47,050 nt of DNA from Sulfurospirillaceae bacterium (GTDB lineage Bacteria > Campylobacterota > Campylobacteria > Campylobacterales > Sulfurospirillaceae). This document shows, piece after piece, positions 39,058-47,050 of the stretch. The stretch is taken from positions 1 to 47,050 of the forward strand of contig JAQWCT010000001.1 in NCBI GenBank assembly GCA_028705785.1. The letters are read 5' to 3'. A program made the translations under genes and the position numbers. The notes beneath the pieces are model-generated. The model searched no databases. It was given only the letters and a program-made list of their open reading frames with translations, and had not been told where the DNA came from. How positions within the stretch are numbered: the stretch's first letter is position 1; each line of letters begins with the position of its first letter.

Positions 39058-40022
39058 TATTTTATTCCTGCTTCCACTAAATTGTGGATATGTAATACAC
39101 CCTCTAGCACACCATTTTTATCAGTTATCGCTAAAAGTTGTATTTTATGCTTCTCTATAAAAGAGAGCGCATCACTCGCTAGAAGCGTTGAATCTTCTAG
39201 TTTTTTAGGGTTTTTAGTCGCATAATCGTATGCTAAAGCTTCCATCGAAAAATCATTTCGCATCAAAGCTCGTCTTAAATCTCCATCACTCAAAATTGCT
39301 AACAGTTTATTATGCTTATCTGTTATTAAAACATTACCCAGTCTTCCTTCACTCATCGTGATAATAGCCTCTTTTAGTGGCGTTTTTTGACTCACAATTG
39401 GAAGGTTTTCAGACATCATCAAATCTTTAACTTTAACAAATAATTTTTTGCCCAAACTTCCACCAGGGTGGAATGAAGCAAAATCTTCTTTTTGAAAATT
39501 TTTCTTTTTCATCAAACACACCGCTAACGCATCACCAAGGGCAAGAGTGAGTGTCGTAGAACATGTGGGTGCAACATCCAAAGGGCAAGCTTCTTTTTCT
39601 ACATGTAAAGGTAAAAAGATGTCACTATAATAACCCAAAGATGAATCTTTTGTCTTTGCCATGCCAATCAAAGGAATATTAAATCGTTTGATATGAGGAA
39701 GGATTTTAATAAGCTCCTCACTCTCTCCACTATAACTAATCGCCAAAACAGCATCATCTTTACTCATCATACCTAGGTCGCCATGCATAGCTTCAGTTGG
39801 ATGCAAAAAGAAGCTACTCGTCCCCGTACTCGCTAAAGTAGCAGCTATCTTAGCGCCTATCAATCCACTTTTGCCCACACCGGTAACGATGAGCTTGCCT
39901 TTGATATTGGCAATCAAATGAGTCGCTTCTGCCATCTCAGAACCAATCAATTTTGCAGCATTACTAAGCTCTTTTGCTTCTAATTCTAAAACTTCTTGGG
40001 CAATTTTTATAAAATCATTCAT
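39057..40022 (-). CDS. kdsD: Arabinose-5-phosphate isomerase (KdsD/KpsF, SIS+CBS)
   Basis: TGVGKSG, HPTEAMHGDLG, APT.STT, FHPGG.LG, two CBS domains. Confidence 0.93.
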   Translation of the reverse strand: MNDFIKIAQEVLELEAKELSNAAKLIGSEMAEATHLIANIKGKLIVTGVGKSGLIGAKIAATLASTGTSSFFLHPTEAMHGDLGMMSKDDAVLAISYSGESEELIKILPHIKRFNIPLIGMAKTKDSSLGYYSDIFLPLHVEKEACPLDVAPTCSTTLTLALGDALAVCLMKKKNFQKEDFASFHPGGSLGKKLFVKVKDLMMSENLPIVSQKTPLKEAIITMSEGRLGNVLITDKHNKLLAILSDGDLRRALMRNDFSMEALAYDYATKNPKKLEDSTLLASDALSFIEKHKIQLLAITDKNGVLEGVLHIHNLVEAGIK

Positions 40023-40030
40023 TCGTTTTC

Positions 40031-42037
40031 CTACATCATAAATATGGTTGGAACAATCGTTGGGTACTTTTTCATCTGCCTATAAATATGCTTTCTTACT
40101 ACCTGTCTCACTTCATTTTCCAATGCTCTCGCATTTTCAAGAAGTTCTTTTTTAGCATTAACGATAAATTGGTCAATCACGCCTTCCATCTCGATAGAAA
40201 ATGATTTATCATCTTTATCTGGTACTAAGCCATAACTAATAATTTTTGGTTTTGAGATAAGTTTATGCTCACTTTTGTCTAACTGAATAACTAACATAAC
40301 AAGCCCAGAATCAGCTAATTTTTGGCGGTCAATGACTACATCGTCAGCGATTTGTTCATTAATTTGATTATCAATAAAGACTTTACCTGTTTTAACTGTT
40401 TTAACTTTTTTCATATATTTTGCACAGACTTCTATCTGATCGCCATCGCTCATTAAGACGATATTGCGTTCAGGAATGCCACATTGCATGGCTGTTTCTT
40501 TATGCTTGGTAATGTGATTGTATTCACCATGCACAGGTAAAAAGAACTTTGGTTTTACAAGTCGTAAGATAAGTTTTTGCTCTTCTTGTGCCGCGTGACC
40601 GCTTACATGTATCTCACTAAAGTCTTGATAAGCTACATTAGCACCACTTTTCATTAAAAAGTTTAAGACTTTAGAGACACTACCCTCATTCCCTGGAATC
40701 GCTTTTGCAGAGATAATAATCTGGTCTGTTGGCTTAATTTTAACATGACGATGTTCATCCGTTGCCATACGGTAAAGCGCACTCATCGTCTCACCTTGGC
40801 TTCCTGTTGTTACAATGAGTACATCTTTATCCGGATATTTATTGACTTCATGTGGGTCGATAAAGATACTTTTATCCAGTTCAATATATCCCAAATCAAT
40901 CGCCGTAAAGAGGTTTCGCTCCATTGAACGACCAATAACAGAAACTTTTCTACCATACTTCAACCCATAATCAATGGCTTGGTAAACTCTGTGGATATTA
41001 GAAGAAAAAGTTGACATAATCACTCTGCCTTTTGCCTTAGCAAAGATAGAATCAAAAGTCTTTCCAACGGTACTTTCACTTCGAGTAATACCCTCTTTAT
41101 ATGAGTTTGTACTATCACTCATCAAACATAAAACACCTTTTTCACCATAATGAGCGAAACGGTTTAAATCCGTCACAAACCCATCAATAGGTGTGTGGTC
41201 TATCTTAAAATCTCCCGTATGAATAATCGTTCCAGCTTCCGTAGTAATAGCCAAAGACGAGGCATCAATGATAGAGTGAGTGATGTGAATCCACTCTACT
41301 TCAAATTCACCGATTTTATAAACTTTTCGCTTCTTAACAGGTCTGAAGAACTTTTTGTGCCCTTTTAGTCCATGCTCATCAAACTTATTTGAGAGCATGC
41401 CAAGCGGAAGGGGCGTTGCATAAAGTGGAAATTGCATCTCTTTGAAAAGATAAGATACCGCACCAATATGATCTTCGTGCGCATGAGAGATAATAATACC
41501 TGCAATTTTCTTTTTGATTTGTCTTAAATAAGAAAAATCTGGTACCAAAATATCTACACCATGCATGTCTTCACTAGGAAAACTCATACCGACATCAAGA
41601 ATAATAGCGGAAGTATCTGTTTCAAAAACACAGATATTACCACCAATTTCACCTAATCCACCAAGGGGAGTGATTTTGATTTTTCCCTTTGAGCTTTGTT
41701 CGATAAGATTAAACTTATTGAGCCTCTCTTTGTGCATTTTTTGGTTGGCATCAATAGCTTTTTTCATCTCTCGTTGCCATGCTTCATTGCCCTCGATAGA
41801 GCTAGATTGAGACTTGTTATTTTTGCGTCGTTTGTTATTGTTTGGTTTGGAAGCTTTTGGCTCACTTGCCTCTCCAGTTGAGCTAACTGGTAGGTTTTGA
41901 TTTACCTGTTTGTTAGGGTTATGGTGAGGATTTTGTTTGGGTTTGTGTGAGTTTTCTCTAGGAGGATTTACCTTGTTTGGAACACTTTCACTCTTCTCTA
42001 CCTGTTGTACTATCTCTTTCTCGTTTTCTTGCATCAT
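40031..42037 (-). CDS. rnj: Ribonuclease J with N-terminal low-complexity extension
   Basis: PLGGLGEIGGN, HAHEDHIG, HTGDFK, TGSQGE, HVSGH, PVHGE. Confidence 0.96.
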   Translation of the reverse strand: MMQENEKEIVQQVEKSESVPNKVNPPRENSHKPKQNPHHNPNKQVNQNLPVSSTGEASEPKASKPNNNKRRKNNKSQSSSIEGNEAWQREMKKAIDANQKMHKERLNKFNLIEQSSKGKIKITPLGGLGEIGGNICVFETDTSAIILDVGMSFPSEDMHGVDILVPDFSYLRQIKKKIAGIIISHAHEDHIGAVSYLFKEMQFPLYATPLPLGMLSNKFDEHGLKGHKKFFRPVKKRKVYKIGEFEVEWIHITHSIIDASSLAITTEAGTIIHTGDFKIDHTPIDGFVTDLNRFAHYGEKGVLCLMSDSTNSYKEGITRSESTVGKTFDSIFAKAKGRVIMSTFSSNIHRVYQAIDYGLKYGRKVSVIGRSMERNLFTAIDLGYIELDKSIFIDPHEVNKYPDKDVLIVTTGSQGETMSALYRMATDEHRHVKIKPTDQIIISAKAIPGNEGSVSKVLNFLMKSGANVAYQDFSEIHVSGHAAQEEQKLILRLVKPKFFLPVHGEYNHITKHKETAMQCGIPERNIVLMSDGDQIEVCAKYMKKVKTVKTGKVFIDNQINEQIADDVVIDRQKLADSGLVMLVIQLDKSEHKLISKPKIISYGLVPDKDDKSFSIEMEGVIDQFIVNAKKELLENARALENEVRQVVRKHIYRQMKKYPTIVPTIFMM

Positions 42038-42845
42038 TCAACCTTAGTTTTTTAAATAGTAGATGATGAGACAAGACGCTAATTTCGTGAGGACGAATCG
42101 TGATGGGAAGTTTTTCATCGTACATAATCTCTTGTACGAGTGTTTTTTCAAACTCGGAGGAGATATTTCTCAACCAAGTTTTTCTAGGACTTTGAAAGGA
42201 ACAACGCAAATATCTTTTAAATTTTTGCAGTTGCTCATTGGTTTCAAAAATACCAGAGAACTTACCTTCAACAAACTCTTTTTGTTTGTCAATTTTGAGG
42301 ATAGATGAAACTACTTTAGGTTGTGGGTCAAATGACTCTGGTCCCACATCAAATAGTATTTTCGCAACCCCAATGCTTTGAGCTAAAATCGCCAAAGATG
42401 TAAACTCTTTTGTTTTGGGAAGCGCTGCAAACTTTTGTGCAACCTCTTTTTGGATCATAACCACCATTGATTTACAATTGTGATCTTCCAAAGCTTCCAA
42501 AATAATAGTTGTCGCGATGTAATAGGGTAGATTTGCAACTAGATCATAGGGTTCATCAGCCAGTGAACCTTTTTCAAATTGCTTTAAAACATCAGTTTTA
42601 ACTAATGTTAACTTACCCTCATCGATCTTTGCGGAAAATTTCTTCCTCAAATAAACGCACAAGTCTTCATCGACCTCATAGGCTACCAAAGGTTTTACTT
42701 TGAGTAACTCTTGCGTCAAATCACCTAATCCAGGCCCTATCTCGATCAATTTTCGATCACTTTGGGGCATCGATTGGATGATTTTAGTTAAAACAGTCGT
42801 ATCTTTTAAAAAATTCTGGCCAAATTTTTTCTTTGCTTCTATCAA
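41988..42845 (-). CDS. rsmA: 16S rRNA m6,2A dimethyltransferase
   Basis: KKFGQNFL, EIGPGLG, VANLPYYI, QKEVA, PKV.S; TTG start. Confidence 0.96.
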   Translation of the reverse strand: MIEAKKKFGQNFLKDTTVLTKIIQSMPQSDRKLIEIGPGLGDLTQELLKVKPLVAYEVDEDLCVYLRKKFSAKIDEGKLTLVKTDVLKQFEKGSLADEPYDLVANLPYYIATTIILEALEDHNCKSMVVMIQKEVAQKFAALPKTKEFTSLAILAQSIGVAKILFDVGPESFDPQPKVVSSILKIDKQKEFVEGKFSGIFETNEQLQKFKRYLRCSFQSPRKTWLRNISSEFEKTLVQEIMYDEKLPITIRPHEISVLSHHLLFKKLRLNDARKRERDSTTGREE

Positions 42846-42991
42846 TTTGTACCCTATTTTTCTAAGTTTGAGCCATTATAGCCAACCTTTACTTACAAAA
42901 GAGTTATGTAAGAAATAAAAATCTATTTTCAGAAGATTTTTCTTATTCTTTTGCTATCATCTTTGTCTATTTTATATTAGAAGAGAGTTTT

Positions 42992-43750
42992 ATGGACTAT
43001 TTTGCAAAACGCATTATTCCCTGCCTTGATGTCAAAAATGGACGCGTTGTTAAAGGTGTTAATTTTGTAGGTCTTAAAGACGCTGGGGACCCCGTTGAAA
43101 TCGCAAAACGCTACAATGAAGAAGGTGCAGATGAGCTTACTTTTTTAGATATTACCGCTAGCCATGAACAAAGAGGAACGATTGTTGATATCGTTGAAAA
43201 GGTTGCTAAAGAAGTGTTTATCCCTTTAACTGTTGGCGGAGGCATTCGAACGCTTGAAGATATTTATAGACTACTCAATGTAGGCTGTGACAAAGTCAGT
43301 ATCAATTCTCCTGCTATTGCAAATCCCCAGTTTATCAATGAATCCTCAAAACGATTTGGTTCACAATGTATTGTTGTAGCTATTGATGCAAAAAGAACAG
43401 GTGATTCGTGGAATGTTTACATCAATGGTGGTCGCATAGATACAGGCATAGATGCACTTAGCTGGGCCAAAGAGGTACAAGAGAGGGGAGCGGGGGAGAT
43501 TTTGCTTACTTCAATGGACTGCGATGGTTCTAAGAGTGGCTATGATATTGCATTGACTTCAAAAATGAGTCAAATGCTTGGAATTCCTATAATTGCGAGT
43601 GGAGGAGCTGGAACTATGGAGCATATTAAAGATGCTTTTGTTCATGGTGCGGACGCGGCACTTGCCGCATCTATATTTCACTTCAAAGAAATTGATATTA
43701 TGGATTTAAAAAGATACCTCAAACATGAGGGAATAGCTGTAAGATTATGA
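42992..43750 (+). CDS. hisF: Imidazole glycerol phosphate synthase cyclase subunit
   Basis: [46 protein letters not shown]. Confidence 0.97.
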   Translation: MDYFAKRIIPCLDVKNGRVVKGVNFVGLKDAGDPVEIAKRYNEEGADELTFLDITASHEQRGTIVDIVEKVAKEVFIPLTVGGGIRTLEDIYRLLNVGCDKVSINSPAIANPQFINESSKRFGSQCIVVAIDAKRTGDSWNVYINGGRIDTGIDALSWAKEVQERGAGEILLTSMDCDGSKSGYDIALTSKMSQMLGIPIIASGGAGTMEHIKDAFVHGADAALAASIFHFKEIDIMDLKRYLKHEGIAVRL

Positions 43751-44304
43751 TTATTTGTGCAGGTAAAAATGAATCTTTTGACTTTGCAAGGAGTGTTGGA
43801 ATAGGGCTAGTAGAAAGTGCCATCCAACTTACAAAAATCGTTATTGAGGAAAAACCTACGACTTTATTTTTTGTTGGCACAGCAGGAAGTTACGGAAATT
43901 ATAAACCTTTTGATGTTATTACGACCAATAAAGCGTCTAATATTGAGTTAGGTTTTTTAGATGATCTTTGCTATACGCCCATTCAAAATAAAATTGTAAT
44001 AGAGTTTAACAATGTTTCACATGAAACAAATGAGCAAATTATGCCTATTGTTAATTCTAGTAATTACATTACAACTGACAAAAAAGCTTCTCGTGCATTA
44101 CTAAAAATGGAAATAGAACTTGAAAATATGGAATTTTTTTCCATCTTACATGTAGCACAAATATTCAAAATTCCTTGTTGTGGTCTTTTTGTAATCACAA
44201 ATTATTGCGATGAAAATGCCCATAAAGATTTTATCAAAAATCATGCTAAAGCTAAAGAGCTTATTGCTTTACATGTAGAAAAAAATATGAAGACATATCA
44301 ATGA
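43747..44304 (+). CDS. Nucleoside phosphorylase-like protein
   Basis: [32 protein letters not shown]. Confidence 0.75.
   Translation: MIICAGKNESFDFARSVGIGLVESAIQLTKIVIEEKPTTLFFVGTAGSYGNYKPFDVITTNKASNIELGFLDDLCYTPIQNKIVIEFNNVSHETNEQIMPIVNSSNYITTDKKASRALLKMEIELENMEFFSILHVAQIFKIPCCGLFVITNYCDENAHKDFIKNHAKAKELIALHVEKNMKTYQ
44013..44028. other. parS-like centromere site TGTTTCACATGAAACA
   Basis: 15/16 match to TGTTTCACGTGAAACA; read as VSHET in the host CDS. Confidence 0.8.
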
Positions 44305-45377
44305 ACAAAATAAATATACTAGACCTTTCCAAAGAAGAGTTAACGCAAATCATCAAGCCTTCTTTCCGCGCCAAACAAATTTATCAATGGATATATCAAA
44401 AATATGTCAACTCTTTTGATGAAATGAAAAATATACCAAAAGAACTCAAAGAAGAATTAAATCAAAACTTTTTTTTAGATCCTCTTAGTATTATTAAAAT
44501 AGAGCAAAGTTTGGATGGTAGTAAAAAATACCTTTTTGCACTTAAAGATGGACAAACAGTAGAATCCGTTTTACTCCCTATGAAACAAGAAAAAGTGGAT
44601 GAAGAAGGTAAACTCGTTCATCATACAAAATATACTATTTGTATCTCTTCTCAAGTTGGTTGTAAAATTGGCTGTGCATTTTGCCTAACAGGTAAAGATG
44701 GTTTTAAAAGAAATTTGAGTGCGGGTGAAATTACAGCACAAATTTTGATGATTAAGCGAGATAACCAGATTGCTGAAAATAGACGCGTTAATATCGTTTA
44801 TATGGGAATGGGTGAACCTCTTGATAATTTAGACAATGTAAGTAAATCTGTAAGGATTTTTAGTGATATTGATGGGCTTTGTATCTCAACTCGTAGACAA
44901 ACTATTTCGACTAGTGGACTAAGTTCTCAAATCGAAAAATTAGGCAAAATGGATTTAGGTGTATTACTCGCTATTTCTCTCCATGCAGTGGACGATGAAT
45001 TACGACAAAAATTAATGCCTATCAATAAAGCCTACAATATTGAATCCATTATTAATGCAGTTAAGGCATTTCCTATTGATGCACGCAAAAGAGTGATGTT
45101 TGAGTACCTTGTAATGAAAGGTGTTAATGATGATCAAAAAAGTGCCAAGAAACTTGTCAAGCTTTTACATGGCATAAAATCCAAAGTGAATCTTATCTAT
45201 TTTAATCCACATCACGGAAGTGAGTTTGCGCGACCAAGTGAAAAAGATGTTGTTGCATTTCAGCAGTATCTTGTTGATCATGGAGTATTGTGTACTATTC
45301 GCCAATCAAAAGGATTAGATATTAGTGCAGCATGTGGTCAGTTAAAAGACAAGGAGCAAAACAATGTCAACGCTTGA
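44301..45377 (+). CDS. rlmN: Dual-specificity RNA methyltransferase RlmN
   Basis: [15 protein letters not shown] radical SAM motif, [20 protein letters not shown]. Confidence 0.97.
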   Translation: MNKINILDLSKEELTQIIKPSFRAKQIYQWIYQKYVNSFDEMKNIPKELKEELNQNFFLDPLSIIKIEQSLDGSKKYLFALKDGQTVESVLLPMKQEKVDEEGKLVHHTKYTICISSQVGCKIGCAFCLTGKDGFKRNLSAGEITAQILMIKRDNQIAENRRVNIVYMGMGEPLDNLDNVSKSVRIFSDIDGLCISTRRQTISTSGLSSQIEKLGKMDLGVLLAISLHAVDDELRQKLMPINKAYNIESIINAVKAFPIDARKRVMFEYLVMKGVNDDQKSAKKLVKLLHGIKSKVNLIYFNPHHGSEFARPSEKDVVAFQQYLVDHGVLCTIRQSKGLDISAACGQLKDKEQNNVNA

Positions 45378-45462
45378 CCTTTTTCAAATAGGATTTTTAG
45401 TAGCTGTTGTTATCGTTGGTGTTGGTGGCATGATGATAGTGTTATTTAAGAACAAGGATTAA
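45364..45462 (+). CDS. 32-aa single-TM small protein (not in ORF track)
   Basis: AAGGAG at 45351-45356, ATG 45364, [35 protein letters not shown] 45460-45462. Confidence 0.75.
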   Translation: MSTLDLFQIGFLVAVVIVGVGGMMIVLFKNKD

Positions 45463-45489
45463 AAGTCTTTACATGTAAAGACTTTTAAT
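45458..45489. terminator. 32-bp perfect palindrome centred on TACATGTA; probable bidirectional terminator
   Basis: ATTAAAAGTCTTTACA|TGTAAAGACTTTTAAT between convergent stops. Confidence 0.75.
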
Positions 45490-45497
45490 TTTCAAAA

Positions 45498-46109
45498 TTA
45501 TTTGGTTATCCATTCTTTTGAGAGTACCTCTTTTTTACCCACAAAAATCTTACCCACAAAAATATCTCCACTTTTAAATGAGCCTACACCTTTAGGTGTT
45601 CCACTCATAATGATGTCGTTATCAATCAGTGAGGAAAATGAATTAATTTCTTCGATAATATCCAAAGGTTTATGAATCATTAAACCAATACCTCCCTCTT
45701 GTGTTAGCACACCATTGATCCATAACTGCATCGATAACTTTTCTACTTCTGATTCATCAATGCTCACAAACGAACTAAAGACTCCAGCACCATCAAAAGC
45801 CTTTGCTCTCTCCCATGGAAGTCCTTTTTCTTTGAGCTCATTTTGCAATACTCTGTTAGTTAAATCCAAACCAAATGCGACAGCACTCACGCGTCCTTGT
45901 TTGATAAGAAATGAGATTTCTCCTTCATAATGCAACGGATTCTTTCCACTAACCAAAACTTCGCTTACTGCTGAATTTGGCTTCATAAAAATAACCATAG
46001 AAGTAGGCATTTCATTGTTTAACTCTTGGATATGCTCAACATAATTTCTACCCACACACACTACTTTGCTAGGTGCAACTCTCTTGCCATCTACAACAAC
46101 TGTTTTCAC
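45498..46109 (-). CDS. Fumarylacetoacetate hydrolase family protein
   Basis: VCVGRNY.EH..E, F.KP, HYEGE, GLDLT.R, WERAKAFDG, SGTPKGV; GTG start. Confidence 0.93.
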   Translation of the reverse strand: MKTVVVDGKRVAPSKVVCVGRNYVEHIQELNNEMPTSMVIFMKPNSAVSEVLVSGKNPLHYEGEISFLIKQGRVSAVAFGLDLTNRVLQNELKEKGLPWERAKAFDGAGVFSSFVSIDESEVEKLSMQLWINGVLTQEGGIGLMIHKPLDIIEEINSFSSLIDNDIIMSGTPKGVGSFKSGDIFVGKIFVGKKEVLSKEWITK

Positions 46110-46112
46110 TTC

Positions 46113-47024
46113 TTATCCTTTTCTACAAAATTCATAAAATTCTTTTTTTGCTTCAAATGTTGATTCTATATTGTAAATTATCCCTTTGTACTCAAACGAC
46201 AAACTTTGTGCATGTAAGAGCAATCTAGATGCTCTAGTTTTTTGCACTCGTTCATCTTCACTCATTTCTCCATCTAAAAATCTCATAGCATCAATTTCCT
46301 CTAATCCATAAATAGAATCTCCAACGATCTTATGTTTCACATGAAACATATGTGCTCTGATTTGATGTTGGCGGCCAGTCAGTGGAACTGCTTCAATTAA
46401 AGTTACATCTTTGTCCTGAAAATATTCAAGTGGGATAATCCTCGTCTGAGAAGTTTTTCCATGTTCATCCGCATACACTTTGAGCCGTATTTCATTGGAC
46501 GCATTACCTCTCTTTAAACGCACATCAATGAGCATCTCCTTTTCAAACTTTCCTTCAACTAATGCTAGATACTTTTTCTTGACAGAACGACTTGCAAAAA
46601 GTGCTTTGAGTTCAATTTCACTGCGTTTATTTTTCCCAACCAAAACGAGTCCACTGGTACTTTTATCAATCCGATGAGCACAGTTTGCATCATTCCCATA
46701 AAGTGATTTTATCTCGTCATTAAGTGTATATTCATCATTTCTATTTTTTGGATGCATCATCACGCCACTAGGTTTTTCAAATACCGCAAAATCTTCTGTT
46801 TCAAAAACAGGCATAAGCCCACGAGAGTGACCCTCAAAGACAATCACACTCACATTGCCAACGATCTTACTTCCCTTATTACTTAGCAGTTCATCATCGA
46901 CAAAAACGCGTTGTTTATCTATTGTTTTTTGAGCTTCTCCCATGGTTATTTTAAACTCATCCATCAAAAATCTAAATGCAAATTTTGGTTCTGGAAGAAA
47001 AAACTTTTTTGAAATATAGGACAA
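46113..47024 (-). CDS. RluA-family pseudouridine synthase
   Basis: EKPSG, HRIDKSTSGL, TGRQHQIRAH, IVGD..YG, LLLHA; TTG start. Confidence 0.93.
   Translation of the reverse strand: MSYISKKFFLPEPKFAFRFLMDEFKITMGEAQKTIDKQRVFVDDELLSNKGSKIVGNVSVIVFEGHSRGLMPVFETEDFAVFEKPSGVMMHPKNRNDEYTLNDEIKSLYGNDANCAHRIDKSTSGLVLVGKNKRSEIELKALFASRSVKKKYLALVEGKFEKEMLIDVRLKRGNASNEIRLKVYADEHGKTSQTRIIPLEYFQDKDVTLIEAVPLTGRQHQIRAHMFHVKHKIVGDSIYGLEEIDAMRFLDGEMSEDERVQKTRASRLLLHAQSLSFEYKGIIYNIESTFEAKKEFYEFCRKG
46333..46348. other. parS-like centromere site TGTTTCACATGAAACA
   Basis: Identical to the 44013 copy; symmetry extends to TATGTTTCACATGAAACATA; read as MFHVKH on - strand. Confidence 0.8.
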
Positions 47025-47050
47025 AGTTGAAGCCTTTTTTTAGTAGGTAT

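Larger units (their letters stand above)
1805..45477. repeat. Dispersed highly iterated palindrome TACATGTA (consensus YTACATGTAR), 29 copies
   Basis: Starts: 1805, 2838, 3756, 5618, 7148, 8687, 9089, 11959, 13682, 14622, 16613, 18418, 19050, 20771, 24390, 26200, 26246, 28049, 30811, 31790, 33125, 33487, 37340, 37671, 39600, 40604, 44147, 44270, 45470 (manual count, may miss some). Confidence 0.92.

Noticed and set aside
1805-45477. TACATGTA repeats as CRISPR, REP/MITE or IS target scars
   Set aside because: Spacing is irregular and kilobase-scale, no conserved flanks beyond ~14 bp, copies are in-frame within intact genes, and there is no cas or transposase gene
28791-46217. Near-miss motif copies TACATGTT (28791), CACATGTA (32519), TGCATGTA (46209)
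   Set aside because: One mismatch each; excluded from the count of 29 to keep it conservative
773-46677. Numerous 60-160 aa ORFs antisense to or nested in long genes (e.g. 1046-1378, 9481-9852, 14016-14375, 30352-30819, 35277-35756)
   Set aside because: They are shadows of well-supported genes, with no RBS or recognisable motifs

Overview
AT-rich (~36% GC by eye) core-chromosome segment of a Campylobacterota bacterium, most consistent with Sulfurospirillum or a close relative (inferred from gene content, order and protein style). It is densely coding (~45 CDS, one tRNA-Val(GAC)), with no IS, prophage or CRISPR. Contents: an Mla/MCE-type ABC operon running into a DccRS-like two-component system; cytochrome c553 with a perfect DccR box; a REC-GGDEF/sensor kinase pair; malate synthase G; an MCP; an MCR-1-like eptA with dgkA; the yajQ/Gsp-like ligase/UPF0323 operon; rpsU; a degenerate resolvase plus ccoG; thrS-infC-rpmI-rplT; glmM-lspA; a K+ channel; rpsT-prfA; coaE-dapF; purM; an rsmA-rnj-kdsD-rluB-rarA-hemY-fliK-like-flhX operon; and hisF-rlmN. 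The strongest unexplained signal is a highly iterated palindrome, TACATGTA (consensus YTACATGTAR/TTACATGTAA). I counted 29 exact copies by eye versus ~1.6 expected. They occur inside genes (imprinting LHV/TC peptides) and are enriched between genes, like a HIP1-, uptake-sequence- or matS-type genome-wide signal. Two parS-like sites (44013, 46333) suggest the window is near oriC. Also found: an unannotated 32-aa membrane ORF after rlmN, a tRNA-Val with C33 and a C3:A70 mismatch, and candidate ThrRS and L20 autoregulatory RNA leaders.
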